Shown here piece by piece: positions 35,283 to 48,243 of a stretch of 64,000 nt of DNA. The DNA comes from Vitrella brassicaformis CCMP3155 (lineage: Eukaryota > Protista > Chromerida), in NCBI GenBank assembly GCA_001179505.1, contig CDMY01000748.1:186001-250000 (forward strand). The letters are read 5' to 3'. Below the pieces are notes generated by a model. That model ran no database searches. It had not been told where the DNA came from and saw only the letters and a program-made list of their open reading frames with translations. A program made the position numbers and the translations under genes. Within the stretch, counting starts at the first letter, position 1; every line of letters begins with the position of its first letter.

Positions 35283-36912
35283 TCACAGGATGGCCACCAG
35301 CCTGTACTCGATGTAAGCCTCCTTGCCAGTGACACTCAGTCTGGCTGGCAGGATGATCCGCCGCACCTCACCCACACGCATGTCAGTGAACACCTCCTGG
35401 GCCCACTCAGGTTGATCAGACACACGAGCCACCAGCCCACGCTCCTCCCCTCTCTTGCCTGGGCCGTCGAAGTCGTCACGCCACTCGATGACGTCGATCT
35501 TGACGCGCTGGTCACGTGTCGCTTTGGGTCCACTGACCGGCCGCACCACCTGATAGCGAATCCCCGATTGCATCTCAGTGAACACAGCGCCGCCGCCCCG
35601 GCCATGCGGAGAGCTGAGGAGAGGAAGAGAGAGAGCCAATCATGACCTGTACGATCACTCTTCTCATGGGCATCTCACCTTTGCGTGTCGACGCCGTACA
35701 TGGCGGCCGTCTTGTTGAAGGTCTCCTGTCTGGGCGCACTGTCCATTACGAGCGGCATTCGCACCCCGCCCATTAGCTTTGTGTCGGGCAGTGAGGCCGC
35801 GTGTCGTTTGCGGCGGTAGTGGTCCACCAGACGGCGGACGTGGTCGACGGGCACATCCTCAATGGGAGCCGGCCACCTGATGGGGGACAACACACCACAT
35901 CACGCATACATCCAGCCAGCCTGGTGCTGGTGTGTACTCTGTTGATGCTCACAGGTTGAATCTGTTGGTGAGAGCAATGTCGCCCATCACATCGAGGGTC
36001 GACTGAGTCGTCGAAACGGTCTGGCCACACACGTCGACAGACCGAATGGCATCGCCGCCACTCAAAGGCGCCAGGAAGGGCTTCACGGCCTGATAGACAG
36101 ACATACAGACGCAGCCATGGACAACCTTCAGTGCTTTGATTGACTGTGTCTCTCTCACCGTAATTTCCATCATCGTCTGGTCGTATGCGGCCTTCTTGGC
36201 CGCCCGCTCGCTGTCGAGGTCGTTCTTCTTTGCCACGAAAGTCTTGACGAAGCTCTCCACCTCCGCCACGACCCCTCTCAGTTCTGCCGGCAGCCCGTGC
36301 GATGCCACCGTCGGCTCTTCCGAGTGACCCTGTGCAGCCGAAGATGCGTCGGTGGATGGCTTGTCGATGGGCGAGAGGAGCACTGCTGTCCAGAAGTCAT
36401 GAAGGCCTGCACACAACCCACACACACACACACACACACACACGTCCACACACATGCAGGTGGACAAGAGGAGAAGGTTTGCATGCGCCCTAATTACCTT
36501 GGTAGTTTCTCGTCTTTGCCTCGTCCATCAGCCGGTCCACCGCACCCTGCCCGTCCAGGATGGCCTCCAGCATCGCGTCAAACGCACGCGGACACACATC
36601 GACGAACACGCGATTGTCTGCATCACGACCCAGCCGCCCATCCCATCTGCCACCGAACAGCACCGCCAGCAGTGTGCCCTCGACGCTCGTCAGGTGCTTG
36701 CGGCGCACAGACGAGTGGCTCCCGCCGACATTGACCTTAAGCAGGTCGTCGCCAGAGGCCGCCGATGGGTCTAAGGCGCCGTGGTCACTCAGCAGTTTGC
36801 CGATGTCATAAGAGGAGGCCATGTCAGCCCGCTCGGCCTCGAGGCGCTCCATCGGGCCGACTATCTGCCTGTCCAGCCGGCAGAGGGCCTCGTGGCGAGT
36901 GAAGGGCTCCAT
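35283..36912 (-). CDS. KCTD-type BTB - coil - degenerate BTB - FKBP-like protein (copy 1)
   Basis: LKVNVGG..VRRKHLTSVEGTLLAVLFGGRWDGRLGRDADNRVFVDVCP; RSVDVCGQTVSTTQSTL...HVRRLVDHYRRKR; terminal FKBP exon QSGIRYQVV...DMRVGEVRRII...YIEYRLVAIL*. Five exons. Confidence 0.8.
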
Positions 36913-37267
36913 GACAGCAGACCGACGAACGCTGAGACACAGAGCAGCAGACAGACAGACAAACGGCAGATGCACTCATCAGATCTTCTTGATCATAGCC
37001 TCTGTGTGTCACTCCTGAGCTCTCCTCTTACCTCATTTGGCTGTTCCCTCTCCTACTCCTACTTGAAGCTCGCACGCCGCTGAAACCGCTCTCTCGCTGT
37101 GTGTGATTCGCGGTGCTCCCTGAAACCGCTCGCCTGTGTGTGATTCGGAAGGCATCGCTGCACGTCAGGGGGTCGAGAGCGTCACCCAGGTGAGGCAGGA
37201 GAGAGATAGCAATCAATTACAAGCCAGATCTGTCATGCTTGTGTGGTTGACAGGCACATCAGTTACG

Positions 37268-38911
37268 ATGGATGCCGATTTCAGCGTCCCTGTGATGCAG
37301 CTTCAGCTGCAGGGGCCATTGATGGCCATCAGCGACGCCATCAGCCAGCTGCATGCCCAAATCCGCCAGGCTGACGAGGACGCCCAGCAAGAGAGGCAGA
37401 AGCACGGCGCATCGGACCCATCAGCAGCGTCGCCCGATGACGTGCTGATTCTCAATATCGGCGGCGATGACAGATGGCGGGTGAAGCGGCAGCACATGAC
37501 TCAAGGGGAGGGCGTGGAGGGCACTCTGCTGGCGACGCTGTTCTCGGGCTGCTGGGACGGCCGGCTGAGCAAAGACGACAAGCAGCGGGTGTTCATCGAT
37601 ATGTCCCCCTCAGCGTTTGAGACCATCCACACGGCCATATTGGACGCCGAGACGATGCGCAGCGCGGGTAAGGCGGCGTCGGTTGCCACGCTGCTCGAGG
37701 AGACATCCCAGCGGGACTGCACCGGTAAGGGCCATGAAGGCGGCAACACACTCATCCTGTCTTCTCACTTATCGTTTGGCTGCCGTGGTGTAGGTCCCCA
37801 TGGCTTCTGGATCAAGCTGCTGCTGTCGCCACTGGACAAGGCGGCCTCAGAGGCCACTTCCAGCGGCGTCACTGAGCCGCAGCCGGCCGCCACCAACAGC
37901 CCCGCTGCGAGTGACGACGCCGTCAAGCCTCTGCAGGCGAGGGTCGAGGCCATCATGAAGGCTTTCGCCAAGGAGAAGGCCCGGCTGGAGGCGCAGCTGA
38001 GGGCGGCCAACAAGCGACGCGACAATCTCGACAAGGAGATACAGGTGATGAGATGCGCCCAGAGGGAGAGGAGGGTTGTTGGTCTGATGCTGTGTGTGGT
38101 TCACAGGCCGTGAGTCCCTTCCTGCTGCCTCTGAGTGGCGACGATGACCCCATCAGGTCTGTCGACGTCTGCGGCCACGTCATAACGACCACTCAGTCGA
38201 CTGTCGATGAGATGAGTGACGAGCTGCGGAACAGATTCGACAGGTGAGCATCGACCCACCGAAGCCCTCACTGACAGCGATGCACACTCGAAGATGGCTG
38301 TGTGTATCCTCTCTGTGTGTCTTAGGTGGCCGCGGCCGGTTGAGGTGGTGCAGCCCGACCACATCGGCCGCATGGTCGATTACTACCGCCGCAAGCGACT
38401 CGGTGCGTCTGCCGCCGACATGGCTGCAGTGCTGAAGATGGACAAGCCCACCAAGCAGAGCGCCTTCGACATCAACGCGGCCATGTACGGCGTTGTCAAC
38501 ACAGACACACCCACCACACACGGCGCGCAGCAGACCAGGTACGCAGATGGAGAGCTGCGCAGGAAGGCTGACCTCGCCGTCTATCTCTCTGTCTTGTTCC
38601 CTTTGTGCAGTGGCGATGGCTTCATTGAGATGCCGTCTGGTAATCGGTATCGCATCGTCACGGAGGGCACCGGGGGGGTCCCCACAGCCAACGACCGCAT
38701 CAAGTACGACTACATTGCGTGGCGTGATGGATTCGACGGCCGGGAAAAAAGCATCGATAGCCGTGGGCGGGTGGGTCGTGTGTCTGATGCGGCTGAGTGG
38801 TGGCGTGAGGCGATGCTATCGATGCGGGAGGGGGAGACGAGGCAGACCATACGGCCAGCCAAATATCATTATGGCCGCTACGTTGAGCTGCGTTTGATCA
38901 GCATCGAGTAG
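37268..38911 (+). CDS. BTB - coil - degenerate BTB - FKBP-like protein (copy 2)
   Basis: LILNIGG...TLLATLFSGCWDGRLSKDDKQRVFIDMSP; RSVDVCGHVITTTQST...RMVDYYRRKR; PSGNRYRIVTEGTGGVP...SMREGETRQTI...YVELRLISIE*. Intron positions match copy 1. Confidence 0.8.
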
Positions 38912-39228
38912 GAGAGAGTCCACACACAAGTGGGCGGCTGTGTGTGTCACACACTCGTGTGTGCGGCCGGGGGCTCTTCCATCGTCGCCTGGCTGACAGT
39001 GTGCCTCGACTTTGAGCGATGGAGTGAAGGTCTTTTGCTTTTGTTAGCTGTATCAGTGCGCATGAGTGCATCTGTCGTGCAGTGTGCAGCGTGCGTGCTG
39101 GTCGACTGGTTGATAATGATCCGCTGATCGACTCACTCAGGATGATTTTGTGTGCCGTGTGTGCTTTTATTCAATCACATGCGTTGCGTTGCGTGCAGAC
39201 AGGCCAGCGATAGCAGCGAGGGTGTACA

Positions 39229-39264
<36 letters not shown>

Positions 39265-39864
39265 GCTCTCTTCACTCACTCAGACGGAAAAACAGCCAGC
39301 CACGCATCCATCACACAGACAGAAAGGGAAGATTGAGAAGGCGACAGACACCATTTATGAGTGGATTGTGGACTAGTGCATTTCACGGTCTCTGTCTCTG
39401 CTGCATCCCTTTGCAATGCATACCTTGCATCTATGAATGGAAAAAGACCGAGACAAAAAGAGAGAGAGAAAGGCAGACAGGCGACCTTTGCAAGACAAGA
39501 CAGTCAGAAAATGCCATGCACACACACCCACACGCAAAGAGAGAGAGGGAGAGAGAGAGACCCACACCGGCTTTTTTCACCGGTTGCCATCGACCACAGA
39601 GGTCATAGGCAACAAAAGATAGGCAACCCAGACACACACACACAGGCAGGCAGTAGGCAGACACACAGGCAGACAGGCAGAGGCCATGGGACCGATGAAT
39701 GGATGGATGAGTGGATGAAACCTTCGCTTGATGGACAAGACAGTCAAAAGAAGCCACGCATTCGTCAGCAACCACACACTGATTGCCTGCACACTCAACA
39801 TGGACCAAAATGGCCCGCCAATTACGGGTGTCCATCTCTCATGCGCTCATTCGATTACTGAGGC

Positions 39865-41542
39865 TCACAGGTAAGACAGCTGACCGTTCATGAAGGGCCA
39901 GCTGGTGGACGCCACCCCACTCATGCCATCGTCGGCAGGAAAGTGACCCACGAGGGTCCCGCCCCCCATCACTCCGCCATAGTGTTTGTCGCGTCTGTAC
40001 CGCACTGTGTACTGCAGCCGGTCGCCCTTGCGTAACATCGGCCCTTTGCCGTCATGGTAGTGACACTGGGTGATGCTGGTGACGTACCCCTCCTCATGGC
40101 CGGCCTTGTGGGGCGTGCAGCCGTAGATGGCCGTCATGTCGCAGCGCCAATCGATCCCAATACCGTCATCCGTGTCGCTGCTGTTGCTGCTGATGCCGGC
40201 AAGGACCGCGTCGATGGCCCCGATGTGCATATGGGCGCGCACGCCGATGAGATGGAAGTCCTCATTCACCAGCACAGTCGCCGTCTTGGTGTCGACACAC
40301 CTGTCGGCAATATCATCATGGCCACTGTCGCCAAGCCGCCGCTCCTTGATGGCCACTGCAAGATGGCTGGCTGATGGCTTCATGCATCCCTCTGCGGGGA
40401 AGACGTTCCACTCATGCCGTCCGCCGACGGCATCGATGATCATGTTGGCGCGGACCGGCCGCACAATGGGGCTGACACAGCCATACCGCACCGTGTATTT
40501 GACTCTGTAGTACTTGGGGGCGGGGCGGGCAAGAAAACCGCCCGGAGTGGGCGGACCGAAGACGGCATCTGGGTCGCTGTTGCAGTTGGGGCAGTGGTGG
40601 GGGTCATCGAAGGCATCTGTGCCGGTGGAGGTCACGAAGGGGTCGAGTGTCGTGCGGCAGTGGGCCTGTGGGACACACACAGACAGGCCAAGTGGTGAGA
40701 GTGGACACACGTGTGAGCGCAGGAGACTAACGCCATCTGGGCAGCAGTTGAAAGACCCATGCCGACCATCGGGGGCACATAGACACTGAAAGATACACAC
40801 ACACATCCCGCCATCTCACACACAAAAGGCCTGCAGGGGTCCCATTGATGCCATGTGTGTCTTACCTGAATGCACGCCGGCACGTTCGTGACGTTTTGCA
40901 GCATCAGCAGGTGCACGTTGAGCCACCACTTCTCCTTGCCGGCCGTCGTGAAGGCATAGGGAGCGGTGAGAGATACTATCGGAGTGCCTGCAGCCACACA
41001 CATGGGAGCACACACGAATGTGCCTTCACGTCTATCCATCCATCCCTCCATCCATCCATCCATTCATCCATCCATCCATCGGTGACCTCTGGTTTCGGCG
41101 CCGGTGCCCAGCTTCCCCACCAGCTCGTTGCCGGCATCAGGCGTCGTGTAGAACAGAAACCAATGATGCACGTACACCTCAAAAGGCACACGCACACACA
41201 AATCCATAGAGACCGCACTCATCGATGGGCGTACCTCGTCGAGTGGCACACTGACATTCCTGTCGTCCACAATCTCCCCCCACAGGCCTCTGATGGCCAT
41301 CGGCTGGTCGTCAGGCATCTCGACGGGCACGTCGAAGGGATCGGTGTTGAGGACGTCACCCGGAGAGAGCGGAAATGCGGTGCTGACGTAGGTGCTCTCC
41401 CTCTCATCGCTGTCGGCGACCTCAGTGGTGGTGTGGTGGCTGAATGAGAGACTGAAGCCCCCCCAGAGGCGGAGACGCCATCGAGGGCAGCGGAGGCGAC
41501 AGAGATGAGGCAGGCCAGAGAGGAAAGGCCCTCCAAAAACAT
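39865..41542 (-). CDS. SURNod19-like / copper type II monooxygenase-fold protein
   Basis: VPLDE|[57 protein letters not shown] and YGGVMG occur in the order typical of this family. The signal-like [18 protein letters not shown] is one base out of frame at a G7 run (41458-41464). Confidence 0.7.
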
Positions 41543-41920
41543 GGTCACCGTAGCTGTCAGGCAGAGGACAGCCGAGGCAGGTCGGCAGACAGCTGCACCT
41601 CTCTCTGTACGTAACGCCATGGTATCGTAAATGCTGATATTGAGATGGTTTCGCCGTCTTGTGAGTCATTATGTGGCCATGTACTGGTCGGCGTATTACA
41701 GGGCATCACGGTTACAGGCGAAATTAGCTTGTATTCATGAGTTCAATCTCTTCCCTCAATTTTGCGAGCTCACATATTCGAGCGACCAGGAAAGGAGTTG
41801 CCAAATGAGCTACTGTGGCCTGTTGTGTGTGCGTGTGGTCTGGTGTGGCATGTTGTGCTGGCCACGTGTCACATGCGAGGAGTCACACGGGCGGTTTCTG
41901 ACGAGCGATAGTGTGTCGCC

Positions 41921-44645
41921 ATGATGGATGGCTCGGAGGAGGATGATCCGTCGGGCCAGACCTCAGCATCTGGCACTATGATTAGCAAGGTGAGAGGGCA
42001 CCAACGGGGCGGAAGATGACCGGCGATTGAAAACAGGTTTGCTGCTGTGGTGTGTGTGGTTCGGTGCAGTTGTGTGCTGACGCTAGGGTGGTGCGCGATG
42101 GCCTTCAGCGGCTGCAGAGGGACGCACGGCAGAGCTGTGAGGCATTCCAACGAGAGGGCGACGTTCCTGCAGACTCGGTGGCGACGCTCCTGTCCCTCTC
42201 GGCTGCGTCCGCTCACGCGTCGGCTGCCGAGTCCTCCATTAGTGCGATGGTGGATGCCCTCAACAGAGCGGCGGCGTCACTCCCCCATCAGCCAGCGGAG
42301 GACATCGGTGCGTCTGCTGCCGCCGCCGCTGCTGTGGCCATGGAGGCGGCATCTGAAGAGCCCGGTGCTGAGGTATGGTGGACTGAAGAGGGATGAGTGC
42401 AGGGCGGTGTATGGCATTTGTGAGTTGTTCCTATGTTGCTGGCCGGTGCAGAGTAGTATGGTAGAGGAGGAGGCTGCCCGGACGCCATCGTTTCGCCTGA
42501 CCCACACGTCGGGGAGACCGCCGACCAACGATGGACCGGTGAGAGCAAGACAGGGAAGACCACTGAAAAACATGACCTGGTGCGACCTCTGTCTCTGGAT
42601 GTGGTTTGTGCAGCCCGCCCGTCGCCTCTCTCGCGATGAGCTGTCGGGTGTGTTCGGCTTCTACCAGCCATGGGAGCTGACCCCCGTCGCCCCCACGATC
42701 GGCAAGACCCTTGTCGGCTGGGCGGCCCAGCAGTACACCCACCTGACCATCGACGGGTCAGAGAGGGGCGGCGTGCATCAGCTGTGGGAGGGCATGCCGC
42801 TGGAGGTGGCATACCGGTGGGGCCGACGTGCCACCAACCTGGCCCACCTGCACCTCATATATCCTCGGGCTGCCAGCCTTTGGTGTCGTGGGATTTGGGT
42901 GGCGATTCTCGAGGGCAATGCAGCGGCTAGGAAGGCCACGAGGGAGAGGAGGGAGGAGGGGCAAGCCGAGGACGGGGCAGCGGCAGCGGCAGCAGCGGGG
43001 GCGTCCAGACAGGACGGCCCATCCGCCGCCTCATCCATCAAGGTCCTCAGCTTCGAGAAAGCCGTCGACGGAGAGCCGTATGCTGAGCTCAACGACGTCT
43101 CTGCCGACCCCCTGCCCCCCTTTCCCTCTCCCGTCGACCTGTCGGCCCTCGAGGAGGTCCATCGCATGCCTCACGGCTGTGCGGCCGTGCGCACGGGCGG
43201 TCGCGTGTGGCACACGCCATTAGTGCGGGTCATGACATTCGAGTCGGACGACGGTGATGATGAAGTGGAGGCGGCGAAGGAGTGGATGACGTCATGCGAG
43301 CATCTGGAGGTATTCGACGATGGCAATTCGTCGACCGTCGACAAGGTGCAGCTGCTGTCCGTGCCGCCCCCCGGCACTTCCCTCGCCCGCCTGCAGTCCA
43401 TCGGCACCCTCGGCAAACATGGATGGGATTTGTATGAGGGGAATGCCGATGCCATGCGGGATGTGCTGGCCAGCATGCGGGAGGCCCTTGTGAAGCGGGG
43501 CCCTCGGCAAACATGGATGGGATTTGTATGAGGGGAATGCCGATGCCATGCGGGATGCGCTGGCCGCCTTGCAGCTGGCCCTCTTGGAGCGGGGATGTCG
43601 CAGGTCCCTCAGCGAGCTGCCCATCGCGGTCGAGGGGAAGATCACGACCGGGCACAAGGGGGTGTTGCGTGAGCTGGCACGGCTATCGGAGGCAGTGCTG
43701 CAGCCACAAGCCCTCGACAAGCCGCAGTTCAAGATAGAACGCGAGGGCGAGATGGAGCTGGAGCTCATCGAGTGGATGGCCAATGAGAGCTCTCAGGTAG
43801 CAGACACACCATAGATGGCTGCACATTTATCCAATCACAACACAATCGTTGTCCCCAATGTGGTCTCTTTGCAGGTTCAGAAGCTCGTTCGTGAGTTTGC
43901 CGCTCTCGCTGGTGTAGTGTTGTACGAGAATGAGCTGACCGACGCCGCAGATACCGTATATTTCCCTCGCGCGACCATTTTCCGCTGTCCACCACGGCAC
44001 CTGTCGGCAGAGGTGATCGACGGCCTGGCCAGGACGGTCGCCAACAGCATGCCGCAGTGCCGCACCATCGAATTCGTGGACACAGAGACGCACCTTGACG
44101 CGGCGAAGAATGCTGTGGTGTTCCTGAAGGCGCTCAAGAGGCACATGGCCACAGGGGAGGGACAGGGGGGCAGTAGCAGCGGCAGTGAGGGGGAGAGGCG
44201 ACTGTCGGTGAAGATCGAGGTGTCGGCGGGTTGCATCTCAGATCGTAGCCGGCCGCTGCAGGGGTGGACGAGCCACGACCTGCCGGCCATCGACGACGTG
44301 CATCTCGATGTGAAGGGTAAACGGGAGTGGAATGGGCAGACCGACTGAGCAATTCCTCGCGTCACATTTGGCTGCCTGCATTGGTGTGGCTGTGCAGGCG
44401 GCTTGCCAGCTGGCGCGACGGAGGAGGTGCTCAACGGCTCGCTCATGGCGTCGCTCGCTGGCATCATGTCGCGACCCGGTGTGCGCAAGGCGTCCGCGTC
44501 GCTTCACCGCCCATCTCTCCGTCAGGGCGTGCGGCGGCTCTTCAACACGCAGCTGGCGGGGCTCAGCCTGCTGGGCGCACCGAACACCATCACCATGGGG
44601 CACCACATCTTCACCAGCACCATCACCGTTGCCAGACGCACATGA
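41921..44645 (+). CDS. Hypothetical protein with F-box-like segment, frame disrupted by an internal 94-nt duplication
   Basis: RLSRDELSGVFGFYQPWEL (F-box-like), a long exon to about 43790, then exons at 43875-44317 and 44399-44645. The 5' exon structure is uncertain. Confidence 0.5.
43407..43594 (+). repeat. 94-nt imperfect tandem duplication
   Basis: ccctcggcaaacatggatgggatttgtatgaggggaatgccgatgccatgcgggatg starts at both 43407 and 43501; the tails diverge. Confidence 0.95.
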
Positions 44646-46244
44646 TTGCTACACACCTACCGGTGAGAGTGGAATTGGCGTGACAGACAGAAAGAGCAGG
44701 TGTGGGCAGTGACCTGATCGGCTTCTGCGTGTGTGTGTGTGTTTGTCTTTAGGTAGCCGTAGATATTGACAGCCAGCTCCTCGGCTGATGGTTGGAGTGT
44801 TGGTGGCTGTGGGCGGGGCGGAGGGACACACAGCCGATGGGATCTAGCCGTTAATCGATGGACGGAGACTAGTGGATGGATGGACGAGTGTGTATGACTG
44901 ACGGCCGGAAACGAGATGAGTCCGTGTGCATGTGTGTGTCATTCTTGTGAATCCATGTCTATGTGTGTCGGGTCCGTCACTCAGCTGCTGGCCACCTGCA
45001 TACACGTCATCATCTCAGGCCAGGCCGATGTCAGAAGTGTCGGTTTCATCTAGGTGCCACACTTCAACCATCGAAAACAACGCGTGTGCACATACTGCCC
45101 CCCCTGTGGTCCCGTCAGACAGAGCAGGATTGAATGCCGACAAAGACATCCACGTGCAGGATTGAATGTCACACACGCGAACGGCCGGCAGACATTCACT
45201 GCACGTCAGCTACTGCGACCTAATGTAACCGTACCAACACAAGCAAGTACATAATGCTCTGTGACTGCCTATGTGGCTCTCCGCCCCTCAATGCAAAGAG
45301 GCACATGAAGACAGACAGTCGTCACCCACGGGAATCCAGTGCACGTCGAGCGACTGTACACGTCTATGCGTTAGTTGACGATATCTCAATGCATGCACAG
45401 GCGGCTGCGCAACAATTCAGCAAGAGACCAGTAACGTACCTACGTACGCCGATGGATGGACCAAACAGAGTGCAGAGCGTGCCGACTGCCTTCTCCCCCC
45501 CTCCCCTTCCCGTCGACTTTGCGGGTGCGTCCATGTGTTGTGGTCGATGAGAAGGCCGCCCGGCCCTCTCATGCGCCCAACCGCTGTAACTTCCCAGCCG
45601 ACACATGAATAGACAGACAGACCAGACTGACAAGACAGAGAAAAAAAACCCGTGCACCGTCTGAGACACCCCCATGCCCCCACGATTTTTTGGAGGCCCC
45701 CAGGGCTGTGAGAGTGTAAAAAGTTGGTGATGTTCAAGAACCGCTCAGAGTGCTGTGTAGGTGTGGATGCGTATTCCGGTAGATCACTCGTTGGCCAATG
45801 GAGAGTATCAGCTATAACGACAAATTTGACACAATGAAGGAAGAGCTCGAGGTCACAGCATCTGTGTGACACATGTATATATCATACACGGCCTCAAATC
45901 ATTCCGCGTCGCATCACAAAGCACACAAGTGGACTTGGGACAGCAGCACCGGCAGCAGCGTACACAGACAGGAAATTATGTACGGCTGCACGACAAAAGA
46001 TACATGACTCGGCTTGATACATGGATGCCACGTGGATGTGTGGCAGAGAGGATCCCCACCCTCACAGGCACCCAGGCACCCAGGCAGGCCACAAAAAGCA
46101 GCAGCAACATCCTACCTACCAGCCTCTCATTGCTGGCTGCATACATCGGTCAGCTGACATAGCTACGGAGAGAAAAAGCCTACCGGTGCCCACCACCCGC
46201 CGACCACCCTCTCTCTCTACAGTCTGTCTGGGCTCTGCCCATGC

Positions 46245-47938
46245 CTACTTGATGATTTTGAGCAGCCTGAGCTCTACGTATCCCGTCTTCTTGGATATCT
46301 TGCGGACCTCTGGGGGAACGATTAGGCGTCGCGTCTCGCCCACCTTCATGCTCGTCAAGGCCTCACGCGACCACCGCCCCAGCGTCGACACCTTCTTCTC
46401 CCACCCCCTGCAGACACAACACAAAACACGCACAAGACACAGCAATGCAGGCAAGCAGGCAGGTACGTATGACACAGGCTGGTTGGGTGTGGGTGGCTGC
46501 GTACTGGTAGTGGAATGCTTTTGTCTCGCTGTCGAATGAGTCTGCCCACTCGATGTAGTCGTACTGGATGTGGCTGTCGAGCTGCGGCTTGGGGCCGGTG
46601 CCCGCCGTCACGATCTCGTAGCGCACTCCCAGCGGGCTCTCCTCATACTTGACGCTATCCATGTGACACACACACACAGAGGGGAAAGATTCGACCATTT
46701 CTTCAATGGGTCTTTTCTTCGGGCGGCTGGCGTACCTGAGATCGACACCGTACATGGCGGCGGTTTTGTTGAAGAAGTCCTGCTTGGGGCCGTTGCCCAT
46801 CTTGAGCGGCACAGCCACGCAGCCCTGCAGACACTCGTCAGTGACGGCGGCGGCGTGTCGTTTGCGGCGGTGGTAGTCGACCAGTCGACGGATGTGCTCC
46901 TCCGACACGTCCTCAACGGCAGCGGGCCACCTGCAGACACACACAGCGACCAAAGGGGAAACGTCTGTTCCCCGCCCGCCTCGTGTGTGGTGTGTGTGGT
47001 GGTCACTTACAGTTGGAATCTACTTGCCAGTGCGACGTTGCCCATCTCAGTGAGTGTGGAGTCGGCCGTCATGATGACCTTGCCACACACCTCCACCGAG
47101 CGAATGGGATCGTCGCCACTGACGGGCTTCAGGAAGGCACTCACAGCCTAAAGAGCACACAGACACACAGACACACACTGACAAGGATCCTTCGCCCTGA
47201 TCCCTGCCCCTCTCTGCCCACCGTGACTTCCTTGATGAGGCCGTCGTACTGGTGCTTCTGTTGCTGCACCTCCTCGTCCACTTTGGCCTTCTCCGCCATG
47301 TAGCCCTTGAGGAACGACTCGACGGTCTTGCAGAACCCCCGCAGCTCATCCACGCCGCCGGCCGACACCGAGGGCGCCTCGTCGGTGCGGATGCGCTTGC
47401 GGGAGGGCTTCTCGATGGGCGACAGCAGCCGACGCACCCAGAAGTCATGAAGACCTGCACACACACAAAGAGGCAGAGGCACAGGCCGTCCACACACACC
47501 CATTGCCCTCTCGTTGCCGTGAGCACCTCTGTAGTTGCGGTTGGCCATCTCGGTCATGAGCAGGTCGACGGCCGCCTTGCCGCCCTCAAACAGCGTGTTG
47601 CGCACCTTCTCGAACGCCTCGGACTCCATGTCGATGAAAATGCGATTGTCTGCGTCGCGAATGAGCCGCCCGTCCCACCGGCCAGAGAACAGGGCCGCCA
47701 GCACAGTGCCCTTAATGCTGGTCAGGTGCTTGCGGCGGACACACGACTGACTCCCGCCGACATTCAGCAGCAGCAGGTCGTCGCCAGAGGCCGCCGATCC
47801 GTCAGATGCGCCATGCTGGGCCATCGCTTTGGTGATGTCGTAGGCGTTGTCCTTGCGCCGCTCATCAAGGGATTCGAGCAGCGCCACGACGTGGCGGTCG
47901 AGCTGCGACGTCGCATTGACGCGAGTGAGCGGCTCCAT
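46245..47938 (-). CDS. BTB - coil - degenerate BTB - FKBP-like protein (copy 3; extra intron inside the FKBP domain)
   Basis: LLLNVGG..VRRKHLTSIKGTVLAALFSGRWDGRLIRDADNRIFIDM; RRLVDYHRRKR; SPLGVRYEIVTAGTGPKP...YDYIEWADSFD...|GWEKK...SMKVGETRRLIVPP...YVELRLLKIIK*. Confidence 0.8.
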
Positions 47939-48243
47939 AGTCACAGGATGATAAACGCTGACACACACAGAGCAACAGACGACTGAGGGATGGATGGATG
48001 GATACCGGATGGATGACACATTGAATGGCTGCGTTTCTGACCTGAAGTGGTTGGTTGGTTGGTTGGTTGGTGGCTGGGGAATTGCCTTCGCTCGGCACCA
48101 TGAAGCTCGCAAAAGCTTCTGCCTCAAGTGCAATCAATTGAATTGGCGTTGTCACACAAGGTACACGAAGCTTGGAATGGCAAACAGCTGTCCGTTGATG
48201 CGCCTGCCGCTGTGTCTGTCGCAGATCTCGTCTGTGCTATCAG

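Noticed and set aside
44700-46240. ORFs 45254-45872 as a gene or element
   Set aside because: No recognisable motif or splice-supported chain; treated as intergenic.
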